NCBI GenBank assembly: GCA_965649765.1
Contig: OZ287756.1
Span: 31,620,001 to 31,684,000 of the forward strand
Reading direction: 5' to 3'
Source: Bispira polyomma
Taxonomy: Eukaryota
Length of the DNA: 64,000 bases
A program made the translations under genes and the position numbers. Below the pieces are notes generated by a model, which saw only the letters and a program-made list of their open reading frames with translations, made no database searches and was not told the origin of the DNA. This document shows positions 37,019 through 49,022 of this stretch, one piece after another. Each line of letters starts with the position of its first letter. The first letter of the stretch is position 1.

Positions 37019-37355
37019 GGTCTCTGTGGCCTAATGGTTACAGTGTCAGACTTTGGATCTCATGAACCTTGAGAGCCCAGGTTCGATACTCGCTACAGGC
37101 TTGGAGATTGTACCCTTGGACAAGGTGCCTTACACAAACTTGTCCCTCTCTACCCAGGTGTATAAATGGGCACCTGGCCACTAATGGGTGTTAGTTTGAA
37201 GTTCTGTATGTGGCAGTTCGGCTAGTATGCTCCTTGAGGGAGCTGAGACTGTACAATGGTTGACAAGTTGATGATTTCAGGCTGGGGTAATAATGTCATA
37301 AGCGCATTAGTTAACAGTTATGTTGATAATGCGCTATATCAAATGAATAATAATT
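37019..37355 (+). mobile_element. tRNA-derived SINE with a conserved central domain (V/Meta-SINE-like)
   Basis: A box tggcctaatgg, B box gttcgatac, cccttggacaagg and cccaggtgtataaatggg blocks, gcgctata + (aat)n tail. Confidence 0.8.
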
Positions 37356-37862
37356 AATATTATGTGTGTTGACCCCCTTGGAATTACCTAGGGTTACCTA
37401 CAATATTATTTGTCGTGCTAATGAAAAGTTTTTAGAAATGCTCTTTTAGCATTGTTGATATTATGATCATGAGACCACTGTGATAAAAGTCTGTAAACAC
37501 ATTGCTGTTACCACTAACATGTTTAATTATTATAAGCTGTGTTAGCCTGCTGAACCCATTGAAGCATCATGTGCTATTCAATTCACATGTGTTACTGGGG
37601 GATAAAACTAATTGGACTAATTAAGTGGGATAAATGCCCTTAAGGAACGAATACATATGTCCGATTTTGCCTCATCAGGCGTCCATTTCTGTCATCCTAA
37701 AAAATCAAAATATAACAAAATAGAGAAATCGAATGCCCATTGTCACCTTGTCAAAATAACAGAATCTGCACCAGTTGTAACCTCTCTATGATGGCTTCTG
37801 CTGCCATTTTTGTGTTATTTGAGCCTAATGCACGTTGTAAACAAACAACTTATGTTTGCGAC

Positions 37863-38632
37863 TGTTACATATAAGGACATTGTGGTATGTTAAAGCACTC
37901 TGCTAGAGTGATCTATTTATATATTTGGGGAAACCCCTAAGCTTCTAGAAGCTGTTTCTATTTTGTGTTCATGTGTAAAGTTGTGTTCATATGTATATCT
38001 CATCTCTGGAATGTTCTAGCGATTGCTTACATATTCTAGAGCCTTCTCTAGCAGTTGTATATATAAGGGTTGACAGCCTGGCCACAGACCAGAGTTAATT
38101 GAGTTGAGGTGCTATATGAACTGCTATACTGTGAAACATTTTATTTCTTTTCCTGTGGGTATAAACGGATTACTACATATGTTTTTGTGGTGAACTCATT
38201 GGAGTGAACTAGATAAAAGTTGTGGATCTACCAGAGATTGGATTTACTGCATATTGGATATTGTTTGCATCCTGGACTGGATAGCTTAGTTGTGCAGACT
38301 CTCTGGATATGTACATTTTGTGTTCGTGGACACTGAACGGATAACAGGATACAGGCATTATGTGGACATTGAGCGGATCTCAAGTCAGATTGCTGGATAC
38401 AGTGGACAAACTTGTTTAATTGTTATTTATGTGGACAGGACTGTGGTCAGGTCAGATTGGTTTCATTATTGTATTATTGTGTGAACTATTAAGGGTATCT
38501 CAGTTGACTGTAATTCTGTAATTATGTAATTGTTATTTTATTTGTTAAGTAAATTTGTTAAGTGAAACTTTTTGTCTTTTCCTGTTACAACCTCAAAGCA
38601 ACCGGTAATTGCTATCGCGCTTGACCGTAACA
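37863..38632 (+). mobile_element. Solo LTR of the Gmr1-like Gypsy family
   Basis: Matches 54431-55211; TG...CA ends; 5-bp TSD GCGAC (37858-37862 / 38633-38637). Confidence 0.95.
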
Positions 38633-38701
38633 GCGACACCATATTAATTGTGCTACAATGTACCTTAGAGTACATATTAGTTCTACTACTGAAGTTAATA
38701 C

Positions 38702-39060
38702 TGTAATATCTGTGTATATCAGTGCATTAATGACTCAGGCTTTTGGGGTTTCCCTTTAGCTCAACTGTTAGTGTCCTGGAGTATTAATCTCAAGATCCAT
38801 GACAATCCAGGATCGAATCCCAGTCGTAGCAAGCCTCCTTATAAGTTTACAGCACAGTCAAAAACTTTATGTTGTTTACATGGTTGAGATTCCTAAAGAT
38901 CCCCCACTAAGTGAGTTGAGTTAGTAGAGTTCATGTGGCAGTAGTAGTATAAGATGTGAGGTCTTCGTGGAGGAGAGGCATGTAATATCTGTGTATATCA
39001 GTGCATTAAACAAACAGGCTTCTGGGTTTTCCCCTTTAGCTCAACTGTTACTGTACTGAA
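38702..39060 (+). repeat. ~280-bp tandem unit with a tRNA-like head (SINE-derived)
   Basis: tgtaatatctgtgtatatcagtgcattaa repeated at 38702 and 38981; tagctcaactgtta A box and ggatcgaatccc B box. Confidence 0.55.
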
Positions 39061-39239
39061 TTCTTAAAATTTAAAGCCACGGCAAGTTATTTCAGTCTTT
39101 TACAATACTGAATGCTACGTCTATTAGAAATATTCAAATAGCTACTTGCTATCTCATAACTATTTGTTTTGTTAATGTCTATAATGGTCTTGTATGAAAT
39201 ACTTTAACAGTACAAGTCTTATTACTGATTGACATGTAC

Positions 39240-40418
39240 CTGATGGTTTTAAAACTGTTACTCCTCTTATTAAGAAGGGTCTCATCCAGCTGATGATCTA
39301 AAGAACTACCGCCCTTCATCTGGTTTCATATTAAAACTGGTTGAACATGTTGTTGCTAAGCAACTGTTAGAACATATACATGTCCGTGATTTAGACAACC
39401 CATACCAGTCTGCATATGAAACAGGTCATTCAACTGAGACAGCTTTTCTGCCCATAAAAAAATGAAGTTCACTTATCCTTGTCAAGAGCGAACCTTCTGC
39501 CTTGGTATTGATCATTCCACTCTTCTCAGTTGTCTTCAGACTTGGTTTGGAGTTGGGGGCTCTGTCTAAATGGTTCACCTTCTACTTAACTGAGTGTTAT
39601 CAGTATATACGAATTGATTCTACTTTGTCTGATATTTGTAAACTCTTGTTTAGTGTTCCCCAAGGCTCTGTTCTAGGCCCTTTGTTATTTTCATTGTACA
39701 CTACTCCTTTCAGTTGAGTCATTAGGAGATACAAAGTTATTAAGTTTTATTTATACATAAACAACACCCAAGTTTATGTGCACTTATCCCATAAGAATAC
39801 ATCTGCTGCCTTTGAACAGTTGAACAGGTACCTCAATGATGTAAAAGCGTGGATGTCAACTAGCATGTTTCGCAATTGACATCCTGCCCAGCTAATTCAG
39901 TCAAGAACCTCTGGGTGTGGTTCGACTCTGATTTTTGCTTGTCTCAACATGATCAGAGTGTCTGCAAAAGTTGTTTTGTGCAACTCCAGGAGTTTAGACA
40001 TCAGGCAGTTTCTTACATTATGATGCTTCTATACTTTTGGCTAATGCTCTTGTCAGTAGTTGGTTGGATTACTGCAATTTCCTTTTCAGGAGTCTTTCCA
40101 AGTTCAATCTATGCAAATTACAATGTATCCAACATAGCTAGAATTGTGTCAAACACTAGTCGATACACCAGTGTAACTCCTGTACTTAAGAAATTGGTTG
40201 GCTTCCTGTTGAATATCGCTTAGTGTTTTTTTACTGTTAGAAGTGGCTTAAAACCTACCTGTACACCAAGGCATACCCACCTTGGTCTTTATCATCCCCT
40301 GGCGTTCTCTATGGTGCATTTACCCTCAATTCTGAAAATTGGTTGACTGTCTTGGTGCTGTTTCGCCTCAGTAAAGGGGAGATTAAGCGCTATAGAAGTC
40401 CAATTAGAATTAGAATTA
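39240..40418 (+). mobile_element. L2/CR1-type LINE 3' fragment
   Basis: KNYRP, GHSTET, VPQGSVLGPLLFSLYT motifs; aagcgcta + (tagaat)n tail. Confidence 0.85.
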
Positions 40419-43400
40419 CAATGGTGGTATGTCGTCCAATGAGTAATCTTCATACTGGCATAAACATCTATCCATCTAATCCTGGATAACTATGAGTCCA
40501 AAGCTTCTGTGCTGATGTATGCGGCTGACAATGTGACTCCTTCACTGCCTCTCAGACTTGCTGGGATTGGGTGACTGAAATTAACTTTCGTTCTCCAATT
40601 GCCTTTCTTGTCTGCTCAACCTCTGTTCTAACTGCTCAAATTTGTCCATCATCCAGTTTGTGACTTGTCTTGCTGCATTTGCGACTCATCCGCGCCATCC
40701 CCACATCTGTGTATTTCTCCAGCTGTGAGCTGTTGTTGAGTTTATCCCTTGCGCCCCTGCGGTTTATTCCTCGATCTGCTTCAAAAAAGGGTTAGTGTTA
40801 CCTATTCTCTCTTTTCATTCAAAGTCGTCCATATTGACACAGCACCTCTTTCTGCTGATATTGTTATACACTGTAGGTCACATACTGAGTAAAAGGCAGA
40901 TCATAGAAACACTTTTAAAACTTCTGTATGTTTGTTGTACTTTCATGTCCAATATTCTTGAAAAATAATAGTAAAAGTTTAAATGTAGTGTCTGTAAAAG
41001 TTGTTTTGTCTAAATTGTCAAACGTAAACTTACTTACAGGTACATAACTGTTATTATCAAAGTGTCTTATTCATGGCATCCAATATTTGTAATTGAAATA
41101 GAAATTATCAGTCTGCAGAGAAATGTGTAGTAATTTTATATTAATTTCAAATCTGAGCGATATAGAACTGTATTTATACTCGCAGGGTACATTTTACTAA
41201 ATATGCAATCTTTTGGGCATATATTTTTTAGAATACACTAGCTGACATTAAATTGTGCACATGGCACTGCAAATAAATTGAGATAGCTAGGTCAATTTAT
41301 CAAGACAGTAAGTTTATAAATCGAGTTAAATAAGTTGATTTCTAGAGATAGTCAGTTGACAAATAGAAACAAGATCTAAATGTCTGAACGGCGTATCATC
41401 AGCTTCCTTCTCCTCAATTACTTTGAACTTTACCACTAACATTGTGGAGTCATACAGAAATACCCAGTCAGTTCAATGACAATGACTTTTTGAGATATGA
41501 CACAAGATACTGGAAATACCTTTATCAAATTTAGAGATAAGAAAATGAGATTGAAATCTTCGACTGTTTCCTAGATATTCAAGATATTCTGGAAATTCAA
41601 GATGGTCGCCAAAATCAAAAATTTTTGGAAAGGTTTTACACTCTGGATAGGATGCCCTTTGGGCCAAGAATGAGGTTGAAATAGCACCGTTCTGAGATAG
41701 CCATCATAGTCATAAAATTTTGTAAAGATTTGTATAAAAATCTCGCACTGTTTCCATGATCATGCTAAACTTGTCTGCATGTCTTCTTCGATTTGAATCA
41801 ACAAACATGAGGGCTAGTTCTTAATTTAATAAGCAATCTGTTAATAAAGATTGTTTTGATTTGAATTGGATTTTAGAGCATTTGTAAATATAAAACAATA
41901 TGTCAAGGGCAAATAAAATTTAGTCAGTGATATCCATTTCTACATACAGTTATACATCTAATAGTTGTTCAGTCAATTGTACGTCCTCTTTAAACCGTAG
42001 CTGTGATAGCGTGTATCAATTAATCATGCAATCTAATCTAGTCGTACTTTTCTAGCGCTTAATTTTTGTACAACAAATTCTAAGGCGCAACAAACCCAAA
42101 ACGTTAATCGAAAATCAAATATAGTGGGCAGATGAATGTTATATTGCACATTACTTATGAACAATCACCTAGTAACTTTTTCCTCTTATAGTAAAACTAT
42201 AAAATTCAGAGTATCAGTATGAACCTTTAAGATTGATAAGCTGTTACCCTACTGCTAATTGCCTTGAAAACAATTAAAAACAAGACAGATACATCTACAT
42301 AAATACTATACGTATATTAATTTAATTTTGAAGGTAATCTATAATTTGATTCAAAAGACAAAAAAGACTGGCTTTTAGGAATTCAGAGAAGAATATTTAT
42401 ACAAGGATGCCTACTTTTTTGAAGCATAGGAAATTGAAAAAAATTGTAACCCGAAGGAGTTATATCCCGACTACTGAGCCACGTCTCGGAGACGGCTTTA
42501 ACATTAAGGTCCTGGGCTGTGATCAAATCAATGACTGCAGGCGCCTTGTTCCATAAGGATCGGGCACTGATTGCCCCAATAGCTTGGAAACTGGAGGGCC
42601 TGGATATGTGCTGACATATTCACAAAGAGCTGTCAGTAAAGGGATCCAGAGGCTATTTAAACAGGGGTTTAGTCGCCGAGTTATGTGCATTCGAAAACAC
42701 AAAAATGTGGTGTTGGCCTTGTCAAGAGAGGCAAGGAAGGATGAGCCTAGTTCAAATTGGGGGCGAAAAGGCTTGTGGTAAGAACATGAGTTCCAGGAAT
42801 ATAAAATTGGCCAGGACCAAGCAGGGTAACAGTATCTTAAGCATCACTTACTGGTTTGAGCAATGGTAAAAGAATCTGCAAGAGAATTTTAAAGTTGACA
42901 AGACCTCATAATTTTATTTCATCTGATTCCAGTAAGTTCTGTGTGTTGTTTGAATCCCTTAATGTATACCAGTGGGTGGCAGTCTTTAATATAATATGAG
43001 GAACGAAACATTGACACACTGCATACATCAATGCTTCTCTCAAGGTAAAACGGCAAATCATAGGACTATTCATTATACAGCTCAATCGCAAAACTAATAA
43101 AGTACTGCAATCATGAGTGTATGTGAATAACAAGTATACCAGCCATGACTTGGATACATATTGGTGCACATTGTGGACTAAAATTAAACAAAAATATGGT
43201 AGAATGGGTGGGACACTTTTTATGGGTAAAACAACCTCTGATAGCTTATTAATAGTGAAATTGTCAAACACAATGTCACAAATAGAGAAACATGCCAGTC
43301 TGGGCAATAATGAAAGTATATTTACTCTGGTGACAATAAAAATGGTTTGTAGAGGTTAAAGTACAATTTACTGCTTTTCAAGTGTATATATATATATATT

Positions 43401-44189
43401 ATATATCATTGTGTAAATGCTAACATGGGATTGTAGATATCATTTGACCATCAGGAATATGATTGAAAGTAATAAAGTGCGTCTGCTTACCAATTACTAT
43501 ACAACCCTTTCAAAAATTTCAAGACAAAAACAGCAAGCATCTATTTATAACTCAGAGCCTAAAAATGTAGAAAGATTACTTTTTTGGACCCATTGTTAAA
43601 TTTATTTACAAAGTAATAAATCACTAAAAAGATTGTTCTGATTTTGGAAAACATTTTTGTACTACATGATTGGTTAATTGATTATGTTGTTTGGCTTCAG
43701 AAGATGCCTTATGTAAATAAGGTACATTAAAAATACATAATACAATGCAAAAGGTTTAAATAATATTGTAAATTTTTCAAATAAAAATACACAAAATCAG
43801 TAAAACTTTAATACAAGCTATAAGCTATTAAGCTATAATGGAAGAATTTTTTATTTTACAAATACAGTTTGTATCACTTTACAAATGGATGATAGCATGA
43901 CATTTTTACTGATACATAAGTAAAAGGGACTTTAATTGATCATATTATATTCACAATATTATTTGATAATTTCCTGATATTCATGATATAATTACTAGTT
44001 CAGGTAGACTATTGATCAAACTATATAGTGATATTATTAACTGTGATAATAATTAATTTACTATCAGAGTAAATTAGATTAATTGTTCAATACCATAAGC
44101 TTAAAAAAAATTATTTTTGAATTGAGAATACATATTGTCACAGTTGCTAACTGTGAAACATGCTTTTATCAATAGTCATAACTAAAATG

Positions 44190-44410
44190 GGTAACATTCA
44201 GCTACAAAATAATATGATAAACTGTGGTAACTAACACAGGTTACATTCAACCTTAAAAATAATACAACCTGTGGTAACTAATACAGCTTATAGTCAACTA
44301 TAAAAAAATACAAAAAACTGTGGTAACTAAAACAGGTTATATTCAACCTTAAAAAATAATACAAAAAACTCTAATAAGTAATAAAGGTTACATTCAACTA
44401 TAAAATAGTT
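44190..44410. repeat. 49-bp minisatellite paralog downstream of the gene B tail exon
   Basis: ~4-5 units similar to 25346-25765. Confidence 0.8.
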
Positions 44411-44634
44411 TTTAAAAAATTTGTACTACCACATTTTTAAAAGAGTAAAATGTACAAATTTACGTATATAAAGTGCAAACACTCCTTCTGTCTTACAAAA
44501 AAAAAAACAAATACATAAATGTCTGATAAATACAAAAAAAATAGAGTAATAACTAATCAGAGCATGCATACAGTCACACAGAAAGTAAATTGAATCAATG
44601 CAATCGTGTTTTACGACAGATGTTAACTTTAAGC

Positions 44635-44915
44635 TTACATATTCAGTGGGGTGTATATTTTGTCAGGAATGTTATCAATGCAACCAATTTTTTCGTAGTT
44701 AGCCTTGTCTTCAGTATTCTTTGCTTCTGCTACATCATCATACACATCCGGCCCATTTGTCTGATGCATTGTGGTCATATTTTGACTATCTACCACAGGA
44801 ACATTCTGGGACCTCTTGAGTTTGATCACAATCACCACTGTGATAGCAACAATCAGAGCCAAAGCCAACACTGTGCTCACTGCTGCTGCTATAATGGGTG
44901 TGGTGTTCTCTTTTT
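44635..44915 (-). CDS. Receptor gene B terminal exon: TM helix and Tyr-motif cytoplasmic tail
   Basis: Acceptor at 44916-44917; PIIAAAVSTVLALALIVAITVVIVI-KLKR; YDDV, YEKI, YTPL; stop at 44635. Confidence 0.85.
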
Positions 44916-45545
44916 CTGATAAAATTATTTAGACAGGTTTTACAGCTATTCATTGGCATATTGACGTTAAAGTTGGCCACAAAGGCTAATTCTTCACCAT
45001 CAAAATCAGAATACATTTGTTCAATTTGTGAGTGATTATGCAAATACAAACTTCAAAATAACTGGTTAGCTTTAAGTGCTTATTAGCTTGTTATCAAATC
45101 AATTCAAAATATAAAAATTCTCAATCATTTAATTCAACAATAATAACCAATAATCAAAATTATTATTTCCGAGTAGTCTAATCATTTTTAAGTGCTAAAT
45201 CATCTGGCTAGAACTCCTAATCATTGGCAAATTTTATAATATGAGAAACATATCTAAGGTTGTCAACCAAAATATTAACATTTACCCAAGCAACAGGAGG
45301 TTATTGCTGGAAAGGCTTGGTAGATAAAAGGACACTTTGATGTTTTGTAAAAGAGGAAATGCCCATTGATGTCCTGATGTGGAGTTTTGAGACAGTATTT
45401 CAGAGAGAAGGAGCCATATATGATGCTGATTTGTCAAAATGGATACTGTCTGGATAGCTGATCTTTGTGATAAAAATTGTTGTCAAGTTACTTAAACAAG
45501 TCGCTCTGGATAAATAAACTGAACAAAATGTATAATTCAGTTGTT

Positions 45546-45711
45546 ATATCAATAAAAATGTCATGCAAAATTTTTCTATTTTAAAGCTTGGAAGACATTG
45601 GTTGTAAACTCAACTTAGTAATGAGTCAATATATCAATAAAAATGTCATGCAAAATTTTTCTATTTTAAAGCTTGGAAGACATTGGTTGTAAACTCAACT
45701 TAGTAATGAGT
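45546..45711. repeat. Near-perfect ~85-bp tandem duplication
   Basis: atatcaataaaaatgtcatgc...cttagtaatgagt occurs twice. Confidence 0.9.
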
Positions 45712-45835
45712 TGACACATGTGTTTGTGCCATGTGTAGTTTAGTAATAAGTTGACATATAACGAGTGGTTACACTGATCCATTATTTGAGAAGTCAACCT
45801 GTTGTTGAAGTATGTATAGAGGCTTTGATGCTTAC

Positions 45836-45970
45836 CTATATCACAGAATGATCCTGTCCAGCCATCCAGACAACCAACTCTACAGATACCATCCACGTGA
45901 TCACAAGGACCTTTACAGTTACCATAACACACAGAAGTACACTTCAGGCCAAACCCACCAAGAGAACATT
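45836..45970 (-). CDS. EGF-like exon, gene B
   Basis: 135 bp, phase 1-1, cag/gtaag; CSLGGFGLKCTSVCYGNCKGPCDHVDGICRVGCLDGWTGSFCDI. Confidence 0.88.
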
Positions 45971-46764
45971 CTGAAGTCAATATTATAACAAAGCATGTAT
46001 ACCATAGGTTTAGTGAAGTCATAACCACTGAAATGCAGCAATATATGTTTTATCTATTTGATTATATTGCTTAAAGTCATGATGATGTAGTGGAAAAAAA
46101 ATTGCGTAAGAACAAGATTATGAAGAAATAAAGTTGTTGTCAAGGTTTGATTGAATTTTAAATTATAGGTTCCAGCTTAATATTTATAAAATTACTCTTA
46201 TCAATAATACATACATAACAAATAAGAAAAAAAATTGCCTTTTATAATCCAAGGTTTGTGCAATGCAAAAAAAATCAGTTAAACATTTTCTTTGATGCTA
46301 GAGGGTGCCCCAGTGTGCAGGTTGGATATCAAAAAACGTTTGAGTCTTAGGTGTCAGACTTAGGTGTGCACTAATCTGGGACACTTAATTACATGTGATT
46401 GAGTTTATCTATAGTAACATGTCTTGAGACAGGTGTGTTTCTAGATTAGTAGAATCTATGGTTTTTGTCACTGATAGTTTATGCTCATATATCCTTTTTA
46501 CCAAAACCTTGTCAAGTTTAACCCACACATAAAGGATATTAAATATAAGGTATTATTTATTTTGTACAGTTAATTAAATATATGGTATTATTTATTTCAC
46601 ATGATATGTGTTTTGGGACTTCAGTAACTGTAGTTTTAGGTTATGTAATGCACAATGTATCAGGCACACAACCTTATTGTGTTAATATGCGCAGTGTGCA
46701 ATATATTATGCATATAATGGTATAAATTTAAACAATCAAATAATGTAATGCTAAAATGGTATAC

Positions 46765-46902
46765 TTTCACTGCAGTTAAGTCCAGTGAATCCAGGGTTAC
46801 ACTTTCCATCGTCACAGAATCCTGTTTCTCTATCACATGGGAGAATTTCACAGTTTGGTGAACATGCCTGACAGTTGTTACCATAGGTTTTGTGAGGACA
46901 TT
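46765..46902 (-). CDS. EGF-like exon, gene B
   Basis: 138 bp, phase 1-1; CPHKTYGNNCQACSPNCEILPCDRETGFCDDGKCNPGFTGLNCSE. Confidence 0.88.
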
Positions 46903-48632
46903 CTGACATATAGTATATAATGTTGTAAGTATAGTGGCTCATACACTAAATTATAAGTGAATTATTAACTACTAATAGTACTAGCAAAAGAATCGCAGAA
47001 TGCAATATTTTAATTCAAAGTTACACCATTGTTGTTATCTTAATATATAGGTATTTTTCAATATTTGGGGAAGCTACAAGTGTTATATACAGATATTTTG
47101 GTATCCCAAGATAGTGTAAGTACTTGCTATGTTTATTGTCGGACCTATTTCAACACTATTATCAATAACAGATAAAACAATGTCAATGCAACCTAAATAA
47201 TTGGCTTTGTAGTCTGAATTTGACAGAGGAATAAAATAAACACATACACTAACATTTAATATTCGAATATGAATTCAATTAAAGTACATCAGGTATATCC
47301 ATGCAGTGTACATGCCTTAAAGCATTGTAGACAGTTGGACAACTGAGCAACTTACTCATTCAGCCTTATGACCTGTTTTCTCAATTTTTGTATTGGCTTA
47401 TTGATTCTGATGTAGGAGATGCCTAGCATCAATAAAATGCATTAAAAATGTACAATACAATGTACAATACAATACAACTTACACATAGACAACCATAAGG
47501 ATTGCCTTCACATGCTATACCTAGAATAATTTTAACAAAACATAGCAGTAAATCAAATAAAATAATAGAAATAAAATAGACAAATTGGGTTAATATACAA
47601 ACTTAATAATCAGAAAATATGTTTAAATCTTGTTTGAGGCATCACTTTTTATCCATCTACTGCAGTATCACTGACTACTTTGAAGTATACACTGGGAATC
47701 ATCCATATAGTGTGGTATAGCAGAGTGTGATCTAATGACTCTAGAAGCAGCAACCTCTGCAATGTCTACATACTCATAAGGTCTCACGATAGACGCTTGT
47801 GAAACATTCAGCTTCAAGACAACTTCATTTTGTTGCACTCAAAATATGATTCTATTCACTTAAGTGATAACTTCATTTAAATTGATCGTGCAATCTACAT
47901 AAATGTATCTTATGATTAACAATGTAAAAGGCTACTGACAAGACTAATTTTACATGTATGCTGCATTCACCCCTGTTAGCAGCCAAAATAAGGTCGTTTT
48001 TATTAAATAACAGTGTCGGTGCTGTGATACTTTTGTTTGTATTTAATCTCTAACTACCTTGTCCAGTAATTTTGATGTAAAGATAACTAGGAGACTTTCT
48101 TTTCTAAAAGAGTTTAGTGTATTTTTTTAATATTGGGGTTACAATTGAGCGTTTGAAGATTGATGGTACACTGCCTTTTCAAGTGACAGATTGGTGATCC
48201 TTGTTAAAAAAGGTTTGAATATTGTGATAATATTTTGTGGCTGGTTACTTTGTTTCTGGCAGTCTGATACATGTAGTTATTCTGTTTTATTAGTATTATG
48301 CCCCTGTACATTTACATAATATCTCTATGAAAAGAACAATATTTGCATCTTATATCTGCTAATTTACATCATCTTAATTACACCAGAAGAGCTAACCACC
48401 ACAAAAAAAACGTCACCCATTTCCAAGGCATATTAACTTGCTGCTAAGGATAGGTACCACAATGACTAAGGCACTAAATTTGAACTGAAATAAGGGACTA
48501 TTATCATGTATAAAAATTTTACCATCAAGGCCACAGTTTTATTGTGAGACCACCTTTCTTTACTGACTACTTTCTATATTTGTATAGGTATTTCATACAT
48601 GTGATTGAGTGATTGTGTATATATTTACTCAC

Positions 48633-48773
48633 CAAGTGAACAATCTTGTCCAGTTTTACCAGCTATACACCCATCTGTACACCTCAGTGTGTCTGAAAAC
48701 TTCTCACACTTTGCATCTCTGCAGTTTTCAGAACATGGTTGGCAACCTATTCCATAGGTTTTCCCATCACATA
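48633..48773 (-). CDS. EGF-like repeat exon, gene B
   Basis: 141 bp, phase 1-1, tag/gtgag, open; CDGKTYGIGCQPCSENCRDAKCEKFSDTLRCTDGCIAGKTGQDCSL. Confidence 0.88.
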
Positions 48774-49022
48774 CTACAATAGAAAGTACAAAAATGTATG
48801 TTTTGCTATATACATCTACAGCTGTAATTATGTGTTTGATAATACCAGTTTCTTTAAGGTTTGTAATTTTGTTTCAACTGAAAAAGCAAATTATGAAATA
48901 TACTTGGACTGTTTATCATAAAAACTATTTATTGTGTCACTAAAGGGCGATATAATGACTTTAAAGAGAAATGTCCCACATTTTTTTGCTTATGTAATGA
49001 CTTCTGCACTCAAACTTAATCT

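Noticed and set aside
37019-37100. Functional tRNA gene (also 38753-38830)
   Set aside because: No clean cloverleaf; continues into a SINE body or tandem unit
41038-41112. Candidate first or signal-peptide exon of gene A (cag...gtaagt)
   Set aside because: Stops in all frames tried; could be UTR but unsupported
42340-43360. Possible further LINE fragments (also ~17000-17340, 30060-30380, 47450-48230)
   Set aside because: Too degenerate to assign family or boundaries reliably
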